A DNA stretch of 64,000 nucleotides from the sequence record PV946933.1; one strand, given 5' to 3'. The translations under genes and the position numbers were made by a program. The stretch is from a phage. Positions 31,409 to 41,968 of the stretch are shown piece after piece (the stretch's first letter is position 1; every line of letters starts with the position of its first letter). Under the pieces are notes generated by a model, which was not told the DNA's origin, did not search any database, and saw only the letters and a program-made list of their open reading frames with translations.

Positions 31409-32865
31409 TTCTTAAAATTCTGAATGAAATAGCATCTATTGGATCAACTAAGCAGAAGCAAGCAATTCTTGAAAAGAATAAAGATAATGAATTGCTTAAA
31501 CGAGTATATCGTCTGACTTATTCTCGTGGGTTGCAGTATTATATCAAGAAATGGCCTAAACCTGGTATTGCTACCCAGAGTTTTGGAATGCTGACTATTA
31601 CCGATATGCTTGACTTCATTGAATTCACGTTAGCTACTCGGAAATTAACTGGCAATGCAGCAATTGAGGAATTAACTGGATATATCACCGATGGTAAAAA
31701 GGATGATGTTGAAGTTTTGCGTCGAGTTATGATGCGAGACCTTGAATGCGGTGCTTCAGTATCTATTGCAAACAAAGTTTGGCCAGGTTTAATTCCTGAA
31801 CAGCCTCAAATGCTCGCAAGTTCTTATGATGAAAAAGGCATTAGTAAGAATATCAAATTTCCAGCTTTTGCGCAGTTAAAAGCAGATGGAGCTCGGTGTT
31901 TTGCTGAAGTCCGAGGTGATGAATTAGATGATGTTCGTCTTTTATCGCGAGCTGGCAATGAATACCTAGGATTAGATCTTCTTAAGGAAGAGTTAATCAA
32001 AATGACTGCTGAAGCCCGCCAGATTCATCCAGAAGGCGTGTTAATCGATGGCGAATTGGTATACCATGAGCAAGTTGAAAAGGAGCCAGAAGGCCTAGAT
32101 TTTCTTTTTGACTCTCCTGAAAATAGTAAAGTTAAAGAGTTTGCCGAAGTAGCTGAATCTCGTACTGCTTCTAATGGAATCGCTAATAAATCTTTAAAGG
32201 GAACTATTTCAGAAAAAGAAGCCAAATGTATGAAGTTTCAGGTCTGGGATTATGTCCCGTTGGTAGAAATATACGGTCTTCCGGCGTTTCGTTTAAAATA
32301 TGATGTACGTTTTTCTAAACTAGAACAAATGACATCAGGATATGATAAAGTAATTTTAATTGAAAACCAAGTAGTAAATAACCTAGATGAAGCTAAGGTA
32401 ATTTATAAAAAGTATATTGACCAAGGTCTTGAAGGTATTATTCTCAAAAATACCGATGGATTGTGGGAAAATGCTCGTTCAAAAAATCTCTATAAATTTA
32501 AAGAAGTAATTGATGTTGATTTAAAAATTGTAGGAATTTATCCTCACCGTAAAGACCCTACTAAAGCGGGTGGATTTATTCTTGAATCAGAGTGTGGAAA
32601 AATTAAAGTAAATGCAGGTTCAGGCTTAAAAGATAAAGCTGGCGTAAAATCACATGAACTTGACCGTACTCGCATTATGGAAAACCAAAATTATTATATT
32701 GGAAAAATTCTAGAGTGCGAATGCAATGGTTGGTTAAAATCTGATGGCCGCACTGATTACGTTAAATTATTTCTTCCGATTGCGATTCGTTTACGTGAAG
32801 ATAAAACTAAAGCTAATACATTTGAGGATGTATTTGGTGATTTTCATGAGGTAACTGGTTTATGA
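31405..32865 (+). CDS. 30: ATP-dependent DNA ligase
   Basis: 486 aa; adenylation motif KADGAR; T4 ligase sequence. Confidence 0.96.
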   Translation: MILKILNEIASIGSTKQKQAILEKNKDNELLKRVYRLTYSRGLQYYIKKWPKPGIATQSFGMLTITDMLDFIEFTLATRKLTGNAAIEELTGYITDGKKDDVEVLRRVMMRDLECGASVSIANKVWPGLIPEQPQMLASSYDEKGISKNIKFPAFAQLKADGARCFAEVRGDELDDVRLLSRAGNEYLGLDLLKEELIKMTAEARQIHPEGVLIDGELVYHEQVEKEPEGLDFLFDSPENSKVKEFAEVAESRTASNGIANKSLKGTISEKEAKCMKFQVWDYVPLVEIYGLPAFRLKYDVRFSKLEQMTSGYDKVILIENQVVNNLDEAKVIYKKYIDQGLEGIILKNTDGLWENARSKNLYKFKEVIDVDLKIVGIYPHRKDPTKAGGFILESECGKIKVNAGSGLKDKAGVKSHELDRTRIMENQNYYIGKILECECNGWLKSDGRTDYVKLFLPIAIRLREDKTKANTFEDVFGDFHEVTGL

Positions 32866-33050
32866 AAGCTTACTTAGAAACAATTGTCATTGCTCAAAAA
32901 GAAGGTGGAGATGTTTCTACTTCGGTATCACAAGTCATTCTCGAATTTGTAGATGCATATGCTTATAATAAATTTACAGAAACATTTGATGCCTACGAAA
33001 AAGGTCCAAAGTTTGAAATATATCGTACTCTCTTACCACTAGATTATTAA
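32862..33050 (+). CDS. hypothetical protein (alt.1-like)
   Basis: 62 aa. Confidence 0.5.
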   Translation: MKAYLETIVIAQKEGGDVSTSVSQVILEFVDAYAYNKFTETFDAYEKGPKFEIYRTLLPLDY

Positions 33051-33071
33051 AGGCCTTCGGGCCTTTAATTT

Positions 33072-33079
33072 TATAAATA
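33072..33079 (+). promoter_or_regulatory. late promoter TATAAATA for alt (preceded by hairpin AGGCC-TTCG-GGCCT 33051-33064)
   Basis: exact TATAAATA 24 bp upstream of Alt ATG. Confidence 0.6.
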
Positions 33080-33102
33080 GAATAAACACTAGAGAGGATA
33101 TG

Positions 33103-35157
33103 ATGGAACTCATTACAGAATTATTTGACGAAGATACTACTCTTCCGATTACAAACTTAAATCCAAAGAAGAAAATACCACAAATTTTTTCAGTTCATGT
33201 TGATGATGCAATTGAACAACCAGGCTTTCGTTTATGTACCTATACATCTGGAGGTGATACTAATCGCGATTTAAAAATGGGCGATAAAATGATGCATATT
33301 GTTCCTTTTACATTAACTGCTAAAGGTTCAATTGCTAAATTAAAAGGTCTCGGTCCAAGTCCAATTAATTACATCAATTCAGTTTTTACTGTTGCAATGC
33401 AGACGATGCGTCAGTATAAAATTGATGCCTGCATGCTTCGTATTCTTAAGTCTAAAACTGCTGGTCAAGCTCGACAAATTCAAGTTATTGCTGATAGACT
33501 TATCCGTAGTCGTTCAGGTGGCAGATACGTCCTTCTTAAGGAACTCTGGGATTATGATAAAAAGTATGCATATATTCTTATACATCGCAAAAACGTATCA
33601 CTAGAAGACATTCCAGGAGTTCCGGAAATTAGTACCGAGCTCTTTACTAAAGTTGAATCGAAGGTCGGCGATGTTTATATCAATAAAGATACTGGGGTTC
33701 AAGTAACTAAAAATGAGGCAATTGCGGCATCTATTGCGCAAGAAAACGATAAACGTTCTGACCAAGCTGTAATTGTTAAAGTTAAAATTTCCCGTAGAGC
33801 AATTGCACAAAGTCAGTCATTGGAATCTTCTAGATTTGAAACACCAATGTTTCAAAAATTTGAGGCTTCAGCAGCAGAATTAAATAAACCTGCCGACGCG
33901 CCTTTAATTTCTGATGCGAACGAATTAACCGTTATTTCTACTTCAGGATTTGCATTAGAGAATGCTCTTAATAGTGTTACGGCTGGAATGGCATTCAGAG
34001 AAGCTTCTATAATTCCTGAAGATAAAGAATCTGATGTTAATGCAGAAATAAAAAATAAAGCTTTAGAAAGATTACGAAAAGAATCTATTACTTCAATAAA
34101 AACTTTAGAAACTATTGCTTCTATAGTCGATGATACTTTAGAAAAATATAAAAGTGCTTGGTTAGAAAGAAATATTAACAAGCATTCGCATTTAAATCAA
34201 GATGCTGCAAATGAGTTAGTGCAAAATTCTTGGAATGCAATAAAAACAAAGATTATTCGAAGAGAATTACGTGGATATGCTCTTACCGTTGGGTGGTCAT
34301 TGCATTCTATAGTCGAAAATAAAGATTCATCTAAATACACACCGGCTCAAAAACGCGGAATTCGTGAATATGTGGGTTCAGGATATGTAGACATGAATAA
34401 TGCTCTTTTGGGATTATATAATCCAGATGAGCGTACAAGTATTTTGACAGCACCCGAAATAGAACAAGCCATCGATAATTTAGATTCAGCCTTTAAAAAT
34501 GGCGATCGATTGCCAAAAGGTATTACTTTATATCGTTCACAGCGAATGTTACCTTCAATATATGAAGCATTGGTAAAAAATCGAGTTTTTTATTTTAGAA
34601 ATTTTGTATCAACATCGTTATATCCAAACATTTTTGGTACTTGGATGACTGATTCAGCTGTGGGTGTTTTACCAGATGAAAAACGTCTAAGCATTTCTAT
34701 CGATAAAAATGATGAAGGGCTTGTTAATTCTAGCGATAATTTAGTTGGAATTGGATGGGTTATTACTGGAGCTGATAAAGTCAATGTTGTTTTACCCGGT
34801 GGAAGTTTAGCGCCTTCAAATGAAATGGAAGTCATTTTGCCACGTGGATTAATGGTCAAAATTAATAAAATAACCGATGCATCTTACAATGATGGAACAG
34901 TTAAAACTAACAACAAGCTTATTCAAGCTGAAGTTATGACTACGGAAGAACTCACCGAATCGGTAATTTATGACGGTGACCGTCTAATGGAAACTGGTGA
35001 ATTGGTTGCAATGACAGATGATATTGAAATAGAAGACAGAGTTGACTTTGCATCATTTGTTTCATCAAATGTTAAACAGAAAGCAGAATCATCTCTCGGA
35101 ATTATTGCGTCTTGCATAGATATTACAAACATGCCTTACAAGTTCGTTCAAGGATAA
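33103..35157 (+). CDS. alt: Alt ADP-ribosyltransferase (virion-packaged)
   Basis: N-terminus MELITELFDEDTTLPITNL...; ART motifs LYRSQ, FVSTSL, EVILPRG; SD GAGAGGA. Confidence 0.93.
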   Translation: MELITELFDEDTTLPITNLNPKKKIPQIFSVHVDDAIEQPGFRLCTYTSGGDTNRDLKMGDKMMHIVPFTLTAKGSIAKLKGLGPSPINYINSVFTVAMQTMRQYKIDACMLRILKSKTAGQARQIQVIADRLIRSRSGGRYVLLKELWDYDKKYAYILIHRKNVSLEDIPGVPEISTELFTKVESKVGDVYINKDTGVQVTKNEAIAASIAQENDKRSDQAVIVKVKISRRAIAQSQSLESSRFETPMFQKFEASAAELNKPADAPLISDANELTVISTSGFALENALNSVTAGMAFREASIIPEDKESDVNAEIKNKALERLRKESITSIKTLETIASIVDDTLEKYKSAWLERNINKHSHLNQDAANELVQNSWNAIKTKIIRRELRGYALTVGWSLHSIVENKDSSKYTPAQKRGIREYVGSGYVDMNNALLGLYNPDERTSILTAPEIEQAIDNLDSAFKNGDRLPKGITLYRSQRMLPSIYEALVKNRVFYFRNFVSTSLYPNIFGTWMTDSAVGVLPDEKRLSISIDKNDEGLVNSSDNLVGIGWVITGADKVNVVLPGGSLAPSNEMEVILPRGLMVKINKITDASYNDGTVKTNNKLIQAEVMTTEELTESVIYDGDRLMETGELVAMTDDIEIEDRVDFASFVSSNVKQKAESSLGIIASCIDITNMPYKFVQG

Positions 35158-35160
35158 ATC

Positions 35161-37218
35161 ATGGAACTTATTACAGAATTATTTGACGGCGCTTCGGCGC
35201 CGGTTGTTAACTTAAATCCTAAGCATAAAATACCTCAAATTTTTGCTATTCAAGCCGGTGAAGAAAGCGTGCTTCCTGGATTTAGATTTTGTACATACAC
35301 CTCTGGTGGTGATACAAATAAAAACGTTAAGCCAGGCGATAAAATGATGCATATCGTAATGATAGGTGTTAATGAGAAACTATCATTAGTTAAACTTAAA
35401 AACTTGGGTGGAAATCCAATTGGTGTCATTAATGCGGTTTTTGATACTGCTCTTCAGACAATGAAACAATACAAAATTGACGCATGCTTATTCCGCGTAC
35501 TAAAGAGTAAAACAAATGGTGCAGCTCGTCAAATGCAAGTTATTGCCGACCGTTTAGTACGTACTAAAGGAGCAGGTCGATATGTTCTTTTAAAGGAAAT
35601 CTGGGATTACGATAAAAAGTACGCATATATTATGGTTTACCGTAAAAATGCTAATTTAGAAGACATTCCAGGTGTACCTCCTATTTCAACTGAGTTATTC
35701 ACAAAAGTTGAATCAAAGGTTGGTGATGTTTATGTAGATGTTAAAACAGGTAATGCTGTTCCTAAAGCTGTTGCTGTTGCTGCTTCTATTGCTTTAGAAA
35801 ACGATAAGCGCACGGATCAAGCTGTTATTCAGAAAACTAAAATTAGTCGTCGGTTAGCAGCACAAGCTCAATATTCTACTGTCGATGCTTCACTTCAGGG
35901 TGATAGCTTCGCTGCTAAGAAATATCAAGAGTTTGAATCTAAAGTTCCGGTATATAAAGCAGAAGGACCAATGAACTCTGGCGTTATTCAGGTTGGTTCA
36001 AACTTCAGCAAAGGAGCTATCGGTGGTATGAGAAGTGCTTCCCGTTTTAAATCTAGTGATTATGAATTAGAAAGCTTCCGAAATCATATTGCATTGGCTC
36101 ATGCGCGTTTACGTGATCCATCTATCAAGTTACAGAGCGATATATCATATCAAGGTTCTCAAGAATATTTAAAGAATAAAGAATTTTTTGATTATAAAAC
36201 TGATAAAATTTTAAGTGATCTTGCTGACATTAATATTTCTAATAGCTTTGATGTTATTAAGAAAATTGTCAATGATTTAGTTAAAGGTTCTAAAGCCACA
36301 CCAGATGAAAAGGTAGCTATTGTTCAATTTGTCATGAATGGCATTTATAAATTGATTAATGAGTCTGCTTCTCAAGCGTATGAATATGCAAGTACTGAAG
36401 TAACCCCAAAAGGATTAACTCGGGCTGAGTCTGATGTAATTGAAGATTATTGTGCAGATTCATATGTTGAAATGAACTCGTTCCTTTTAGGTAAACCGGA
36501 TTCTACCCGTGAAGAATATATGGAACGAGCTATTAAACACATCGAGACAATGGATTCTGCCTTTGCCAAAGGATCAGTTCTTCCTCCAGGAACTACACTT
36601 TACCGTGGGCAAGAAGTTACCTTTAAAACTTTACGTCATAATATTGAAAATAAAATGTTCTACTTCAAGAACTTCGTATCCACATCGCTTAAACCAAATA
36701 TCTTCGGTGAGTATGGTAAAAACTATATGGCTCTAGATGATTCCAGTACAGTATTTTCTGGTGAAGGAGAAGGTTCAGTTGATGCTGAAGATTTAATGCA
36801 TATGGGTAGTCACTCTGCTTATGCGAATGAAGATGCTGAAACTAGCGTAGGTATGGTAATTAAAGGGGCTGAGCGAATTAAAGTTATCGTTCCAGGTCAT
36901 TTATCAGGATTTCCATCAGAAGCTGAAGTTATTTTACCACGTGGAATTTTGCTGAAGATTAATAAAGTGAGTACGTACATGATGAAAGAAACTGCTTATA
37001 ATAAGTATCTAATCGAAGGCACAATCGTTCCTCCTTCTGAACAATTAGAAGAATCGGTATATGATGGCGACCATCTAATGGAAACTGGTGAAGTTCGTCC
37101 AATGGCTGGATTTAATCAATTCCTTGTAGAAGAATCAAAAGAAGAGGAAAACGAAGTTTCTCAAATCTTGGCTTCTTTGGTTAACATCAACGGAATGTCT
37201 AAAAAGTTCAAGATGTAG
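35161..37218 (+). CDS. second Alt-like ADP-ribosyltransferase paralogue
   Basis: 685 aa; shares MELITELFD N-terminus, YKIDAC, GRYVLLKE.WDYDKKYAYI, LYRGQ, FVSTSL, EVILPRG with adjacent Alt; divergent middle. Confidence 0.85.
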   Translation: MELITELFDGASAPVVNLNPKHKIPQIFAIQAGEESVLPGFRFCTYTSGGDTNKNVKPGDKMMHIVMIGVNEKLSLVKLKNLGGNPIGVINAVFDTALQTMKQYKIDACLFRVLKSKTNGAARQMQVIADRLVRTKGAGRYVLLKEIWDYDKKYAYIMVYRKNANLEDIPGVPPISTELFTKVESKVGDVYVDVKTGNAVPKAVAVAASIALENDKRTDQAVIQKTKISRRLAAQAQYSTVDASLQGDSFAAKKYQEFESKVPVYKAEGPMNSGVIQVGSNFSKGAIGGMRSASRFKSSDYELESFRNHIALAHARLRDPSIKLQSDISYQGSQEYLKNKEFFDYKTDKILSDLADINISNSFDVIKKIVNDLVKGSKATPDEKVAIVQFVMNGIYKLINESASQAYEYASTEVTPKGLTRAESDVIEDYCADSYVEMNSFLLGKPDSTREEYMERAIKHIETMDSAFAKGSVLPPGTTLYRGQEVTFKTLRHNIENKMFYFKNFVSTSLKPNIFGEYGKNYMALDDSSTVFSGEGEGSVDAEDLMHMGSHSAYANEDAETSVGMVIKGAERIKVIVPGHLSGFPSEAEVILPRGILLKINKVSTYMMKETAYNKYLIEGTIVPPSEQLEESVYDGDHLMETGEVRPMAGFNQFLVEESKEEENEVSQILASLVNINGMSKKFKM

Positions 37219-37270
37219 TTTACAAGTCACTCGTGTTGTGTTATAATAATCTTACTGACATAACATGAGG
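37218..37270 (+). promoter_or_regulatory. early promoter plus leader hairpin module, copy B (GTTTAC, TATAAT)
   Basis: 48/53 identical to copy A at 22114-22166; GTTTAC overlaps stop of upstream gene. Confidence 0.55.
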
Positions 37271-37278
37271 AACACAAA

Positions 37279-37569
37279 ATGAAATCTTCTTTGCGCTTTT
37301 TAGGTCAAGAACTCGTAGTTGAAGGCGTTATTCCTGCTGATAACGCTTTTAATGAAGCGGTTTACGACGAATTTATCAAAATTTTTGGAACAGATAAAAA
37401 GTTCGGAATTTTTCCTTCTGAAAATTTTTCAAAGCCAGAGCAGACTGAAAGTATTTTCCAAGGTGTAGTAACAGGTAAATTTGAGTCAGAAGCTCCGGTA
37501 AAAATTGAAGTTTATATTGAAGACAGTTTAGTTGCTTCAGTTGCTGCTTTTATTTCATTCCGTAAATAA
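37279..37569 (+). CDS. hypothetical protein
   Basis: 96 aa, SD GAGGA; convergent with gene 54. Confidence 0.55.
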   Translation: MKSSLRFLGQELVVEGVIPADNAFNEAVYDEFIKIFGTDKKFGIFPSENFSKPEQTESIFQGVVTGKFESEAPVKIEVYIEDSLVASVAAFISFRK

Positions 37570-37575
37570 AAATAT

Positions 37576-37593
37576 GGGGACCGAAAGGTCCCC
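37576..37593. terminator. bidirectional terminator hairpin GGGGACC-GAAA-GGTCCCC between convergent genes
   Basis: 7-bp GC stem, GNRA loop, A/T-rich runs on both sides. Confidence 0.7.
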
Positions 37594-37597
37594 ATTG

Positions 37598-38563
37598 TTA
37601 TATTGCTCCTAATATTTTACTTTGCGAGTTGACAATTCCTGTCATAGTATTAATGTTTGAAATGCTTCCTGCAGTTCCTCCTAATCTACTAAGTCGTGAA
37701 AGCGAATTAGATAGTCCAGTAACACCTCCACTATTTCCGAGAACGCTTTGAATGCCATTTATAGCAGCAGATTCAAGCCATTCAAGCGCAGCTTGTCTAT
37801 CAACTGCTCCAGCCTGCATGACTCTATACGCAAAAGTAACATCAAATGTAGTTATTTGATTATCTCCATCATATGATAACTCAGGAGCGCTCACTGACAC
37901 TGGAATGCATCCGGTGAACATCACAGCAGTATGAGGTAATCCATTACGAGCATGAAGATTAACCTGAATGTCTGCCTCGACATCTTGCGGTAAAGCACGC
38001 AATCCAGTTACTGGGTCTTGAACAGCGTTAACCCAGTCTTGCATCGCACGATAATTACATGCTTCTGAATCCATCCTAAATGAAATAACCAAAGGGTCTA
38101 ATTCTCTCCCAGTTATACGAATATTAGGAGAATTATAGTTCCAGTCAGTTTCATAGGATAATCTATTCTCTGGCATTTTTACGGAGTATATCATCAATCC
38201 AGATGAGTTATATGCCATGTTAAAGAAGTCAATTAAATATGTACCAACTGTAAATGAGCCTAATAAACTTTGAACTGTACGTTGACTCATGGCACCAATA
38301 AGATATTTACTAACTCCTGATTTTCTTATCAGTTTTTGTGTGCCAGCAGTAATTAGCGTGGTAATTCCCTGATTAATATCGCCTTGAGTTAATCCTAACC
38401 AATCTGAATTTAGGCCCAAGTTATTATAAGAAAAGTTGCTAATTGAACTTATCAACGAAGAGCTTTTAGTTGATGGAGTTGTCGCAAAAACGCAGCTAAA
38501 CATATTATTACGTTGGAAATCTGCGTTTATTGCTTGATTATTAAATTCCTCTAAAGAATACAT
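37598..38563 (-). CDS. 54: gp54 baseplate tail tube initiator
   Basis: 321 aa; T4 gp54 sequence and synteny. Confidence 0.93.
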   Translation of the reverse strand: MYSLEEFNNQAINADFQRNNMFSCVFATTPSTKSSSLISSISNFSYNNLGLNSDWLGLTQGDINQGITTLITAGTQKLIRKSGVSKYLIGAMSQRTVQSLLGSFTVGTYLIDFFNMAYNSSGLMIYSVKMPENRLSYETDWNYNSPNIRITGRELDPLVISFRMDSEACNYRAMQDWVNAVQDPVTGLRALPQDVEADIQVNLHARNGLPHTAVMFTGCIPVSVSAPELSYDGDNQITTFDVTFAYRVMQAGAVDRQAALEWLESAAINGIQSVLGNSGGVTGLSNSLSRLSRLGGTAGSISNINTMTGIVNSQSKILGAI

Positions 38564-39657
38564 TAAAAAGTCCCCGCATATAAAGAAGCACGGTTTAACG
38601 TGATAATTTCTCTCATAGTAATCTCAAGAGTAAATGTACTAGGGAGGTTTGGAGCAATAGCTAATCCGTTAAAGTTACCATTAGGTGTTTTATCAAATCT
38701 GATACTCTGTATTTGGCATGGGCCAAATATTTCCGTTTTTCCATCAAACTTAGATGTTGCACCAAAGTTTTTCACCATCCAAATTGTCGGGTTTGAAACT
38801 ACTAGGACGTTAGTTAAACTCGATGTCATTTTCTCAAATAGTGTTTTATTTTTAGCTGCGTCTTCCGGAGATAAAGGTTCAATTAACGTAGAACGATACC
38901 AATCATCTAAATACCCCTTTATTTCAGCAGCATATTGAGATTTGCCCGTTTCACCATAAGAAAAATAGTTAAAATATTGATAGATATTAATAATAGCCAT
39001 TAAATCTTCTGTGGAACGTGGAGTCAAATCCCATGTAAACACTTTAGTTCTATTTTCAGCGCCGCCATACATACTTCTGGCTGTCGTATAAATCTGTTCG
39101 TTATTATCAGCCATTATACCTTGTGTTATACTTTCCAGTGCCCCAAATACTGCAGTTGAAGCAATATTACTTAGCACACCAGTAGCAGTACCTCCGCCTC
39201 TGCTGATAAGACTTTCTTGAACATCATTAAATCTATGTGATGATGTATCAACATCAGATTTAGATCTTGGTAAAAGAATATTTGCAACAGGGGCTTTACT
39301 TATTGTTCCTGAATTATTATCTGATATTAATCCATTTGACAGTTTTGATACTGTATTACTGATAGTGTTTCTGGCTGTACGTAAAATACTCGAAGATGAA
39401 GAAGAGTAGTTAGATCTCATCGATCTAAGACTTCCAGAATCCCTAGATGACATATTGTATGCAGTAAATAATAATCCATTCTTATATAGATCTGTTACCT
39501 GGAAGTCCCCTGTAGTGTCATTACCACTAGCACGCCCAGTTGGAAACTGGGCAGTGTATGTTTTAGTTCCTACTTCTGATTTAGTACTCTGTCCGGCTGA
39601 AATTTTCTCACCGGACTTTTTAATTAAATCAGCAGTTATTTCTTTAACAATTGCCAT
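38563..39657 (-). CDS. 48: gp48 baseplate tail tube cap
   Basis: 364 aa. Confidence 0.93.
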   Translation of the reverse strand: MAIVKEITADLIKKSGEKISAGQSTKSEVGTKTYTAQFPTGRASGNDTTGDFQVTDLYKNGLLFTAYNMSSRDSGSLRSMRSNYSSSSSSILRTARNTISNTVSKLSNGLISDNNSGTISKAPVANILLPRSKSDVDTSSHRFNDVQESLISRGGGTATGVLSNIASTAVFGALESITQGIMADNNEQIYTTARSMYGGAENRTKVFTWDLTPRSTEDLMAIINIYQYFNYFSYGETGKSQYAAEIKGYLDDWYRSTLIEPLSPEDAAKNKTLFEKMTSSLTNVLVVSNPTIWMVKNFGATSKFDGKTEIFGPCQIQSIRFDKTPNGNFNGLAIAPNLPSTFTLEITMREIITLNRASLYAGTF

Positions 39658-39665
39658 ATTATTCC

Positions 39666-41438
39666 TTAATTAACTCCAGTCGCATCAAATACACCAGGAG
39701 CAGTCGTGCTCGTTACGGGTGTCATATTATGAACGACAGTATTTTTCTTAATAACATTATTAGTATTATTGATTGAAGGAGATGCTTGTTGAACAGGAGC
39801 TTGTTGTGCTTTGTTCTTTTCAATAACCTGGACTTGTTTTGCTTCTGGCGATTTAGCAGAAGTTTCAGGTTTGGCATTAGGCTGATTTTTCTTGAGCTCT
39901 TGATAAGTAGCATCAATTTTAGAAAATCTAGCAGCAAGCTCTTTTTTAACTGCCGGTGAATTATTTAAATCCGGATCATCCATCCGTTTTTTAAGGTCTT
40001 CATAGGCAGCTTCAACTGATTTAACTGTTGAGTCTTTACTCATATCAGCTGAATCGGCATATTGATCAAAACGATTCATAGCAGCACGAGCTTCATTAGC
40101 TTTCATTAAAGCAATTTTAGCTTCCTCCGGAGAAAGTTGCTTTAATTTTTCTTCTTCCTCTGCTCTCTCTTCATCAGTCGTTAGTGCTTCTTTATTATCA
40201 ACACCACGAATCCAGTTAGATGCACGAGTTTTCCAGTTCGCAATTTTGTCTAGTCCTTTTGCTATCGGACCAAGTTCTCCATTCATTCTTTTATATTGAT
40301 AGTTTGCAACTTTTTCTTGGTCTTCTTTGTTAAGAGAAGCATTTGTAGTATTTTGGAAATTTTCTAGTGCTCTTCCTTCTACTTCATCAGCGGTATCCTT
40401 CATGCCAGGAATGACTCGAAGAATTGCAGCAGATAATTTAGCCATACCTAATTGAATAAGCTCTCCTAAATTAAAAAGAACCTTTCCAAGCCCTTCTACA
40501 ATAGCTACAGTCAAACCACCCCAGTCTCCCGCTTCCCAGAATTTTTTAATTTCATCGATAGAACTAAAGATGCTTTGTAATAAAGGACCCCATGTTCCGG
40601 TTTCGCTAGAGAATTTAGTAAAGTCTGTACTGAACAAATCCCAAGCCTGTGAAAATTTATCTGACCAATATTTGAAATGAACCATCAACAGGTCTATTCC
40701 GACAACAACAGCCAATATCATTGCTGTCATTTTAGCAGCTTCGATAGCAGCACTGACGGTATACTTAAATAACATGCTTGATATTTTATCAGTAATTGAA
40801 ATAGATTTCTTAAATCCGAAATCAACAGTCTTTGTTAATTTATCTAAAGCTTGAGATAATTTTAAGTTAAATGCGTCTTTTTTCTGTTTTTCTTCTGGCG
40901 ATTCTTGTTTGGGCTCAACTGGCTGAGGGGTAGGGAAAAAATCAGCATCAGGATCATTATTAACTGCTTCAGGAGCCGGTAATAAAGGACCCACAGATTC
41001 AGCTGTATCATCCTCAACAACTTTAACAGGAATAGCGCTTTCAACTGTGGCTAAACTGGTTCCTGTTTGTTGAATTCCAGCTGTCTGAATTTTTTGCTCT
41101 AATAAACTCGTTAATTTATCTAATTTACTCCCGAGCGATTCACCGATTTCTTTATTAATATTGTTGCCAATTTCAACAGTTTCAGCAATTAACTCGGAAC
41201 CAGCAGTAGTATCACTCACTGCGTTTTCTACGTTGTCAATTGCTCCAATTATTTCATTCGATTTTTCTTCGACAGTTTGAGCAATTAGTTCAGAAGCAGC
41301 TTGAGCATCATCCAATTTCGTAGATATATCGTTAAGTCCAGATAAAGTATTAGAAGCGGATTTAGCCGCTTCCTGTGTTGGTTTATTATCTGAAATAACT
41401 TTTCTACGCATCGTTTGCATTTCTTGTGGCTTTTTCAT
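39666..41438 (-). CDS. 29: gp29 tail tape measure / baseplate hub protein
   Basis: 590 aa. Confidence 0.93.
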   Translation of the reverse strand: MKKPQEMQTMRRKVISDNKPTQEAAKSASNTLSGLNDISTKLDDAQAASELIAQTVEEKSNEIIGAIDNVENAVSDTTAGSELIAETVEIGNNINKEIGESLGSKLDKLTSLLEQKIQTAGIQQTGTSLATVESAIPVKVVEDDTAESVGPLLPAPEAVNNDPDADFFPTPQPVEPKQESPEEKQKKDAFNLKLSQALDKLTKTVDFGFKKSISITDKISSMLFKYTVSAAIEAAKMTAMILAVVVGIDLLMVHFKYWSDKFSQAWDLFSTDFTKFSSETGTWGPLLQSIFSSIDEIKKFWEAGDWGGLTVAIVEGLGKVLFNLGELIQLGMAKLSAAILRVIPGMKDTADEVEGRALENFQNTTNASLNKEDQEKVANYQYKRMNGELGPIAKGLDKIANWKTRASNWIRGVDNKEALTTDEERAEEEEKLKQLSPEEAKIALMKANEARAAMNRFDQYADSADMSKDSTVKSVEAAYEDLKKRMDDPDLNNSPAVKKELAARFSKIDATYQELKKNQPNAKPETSAKSPEAKQVQVIEKNKAQQAPVQQASPSINNTNNVIKKNTVVHNMTPVTSTTAPGVFDATGVN

Positions 41439-41968
41439 TCAAATAATCCAATAATATTGCCAATTCCGGTTATTGGACCATTAGGGCCAGGAATTGCTAA
41501 AGTTGTAAAAATGTCATTTGCCCATTTTAAAACGAATGCTGGCATCTCAAGAAAATTAATTTCTTTAACTTCATCATTGACCTTAAGCAAGCATTTGGAT
41601 AACATATCGCTCACCGTTAAAAATTGTTCAAATTTTCCAGGAGGTCTAAAATAAAATGTATTTCCTTGGTATTGAAATTCCAATCTTTGGCATACATAAA
41701 CATCATTAATGTCATAAGTATAACCATCTATTTCTTTGCGAGATTTAATCTTTCCATTAAATTCCAATAAATGAATAGAAACGAAATCAACTTCTGCCGG
41801 TGATAAATTCGGACAAATAGAATCAATAAGAAGTTTTAAATTTTCATCAGGACCTTTAACATCTTTTAAAATGTTATAATGTTTAAGACCCATTTTAGGA
41901 ATAGAAACTTCTTTATTGCTTATTGGAAGAACTACTTTCTTCAGTGGTAGTATCAGATTTAAATTCAT
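41435..41968 (-). CDS. 28: gp28 baseplate hub distal subunit
   Basis: 177 aa; overlaps 3' end of gene 27. Confidence 0.88.
   Translation of the reverse strand: MNLNLILPLKKVVLPISNKEVSIPKMGLKHYNILKDVKGPDENLKLLIDSICPNLSPAEVDFVSIHLLEFNGKIKSRKEIDGYTYDINDVYVCQRLEFQYQGNTFYFRPPGKFEQFLTVSDMLSKCLLKVNDEVKEINFLEMPAFVLKWANDIFTTLAIPGPNGPITGIGNIIGLFE

Noticed and set aside
41913-41968. 56-bp overlap between genes 28 and 27 as a possible frameshift or annotation error
   Set aside because: Both ORFs have the lengths expected for T4 gp28 (177 aa) and gp27 (391 aa), so the overlap is probably genuine.
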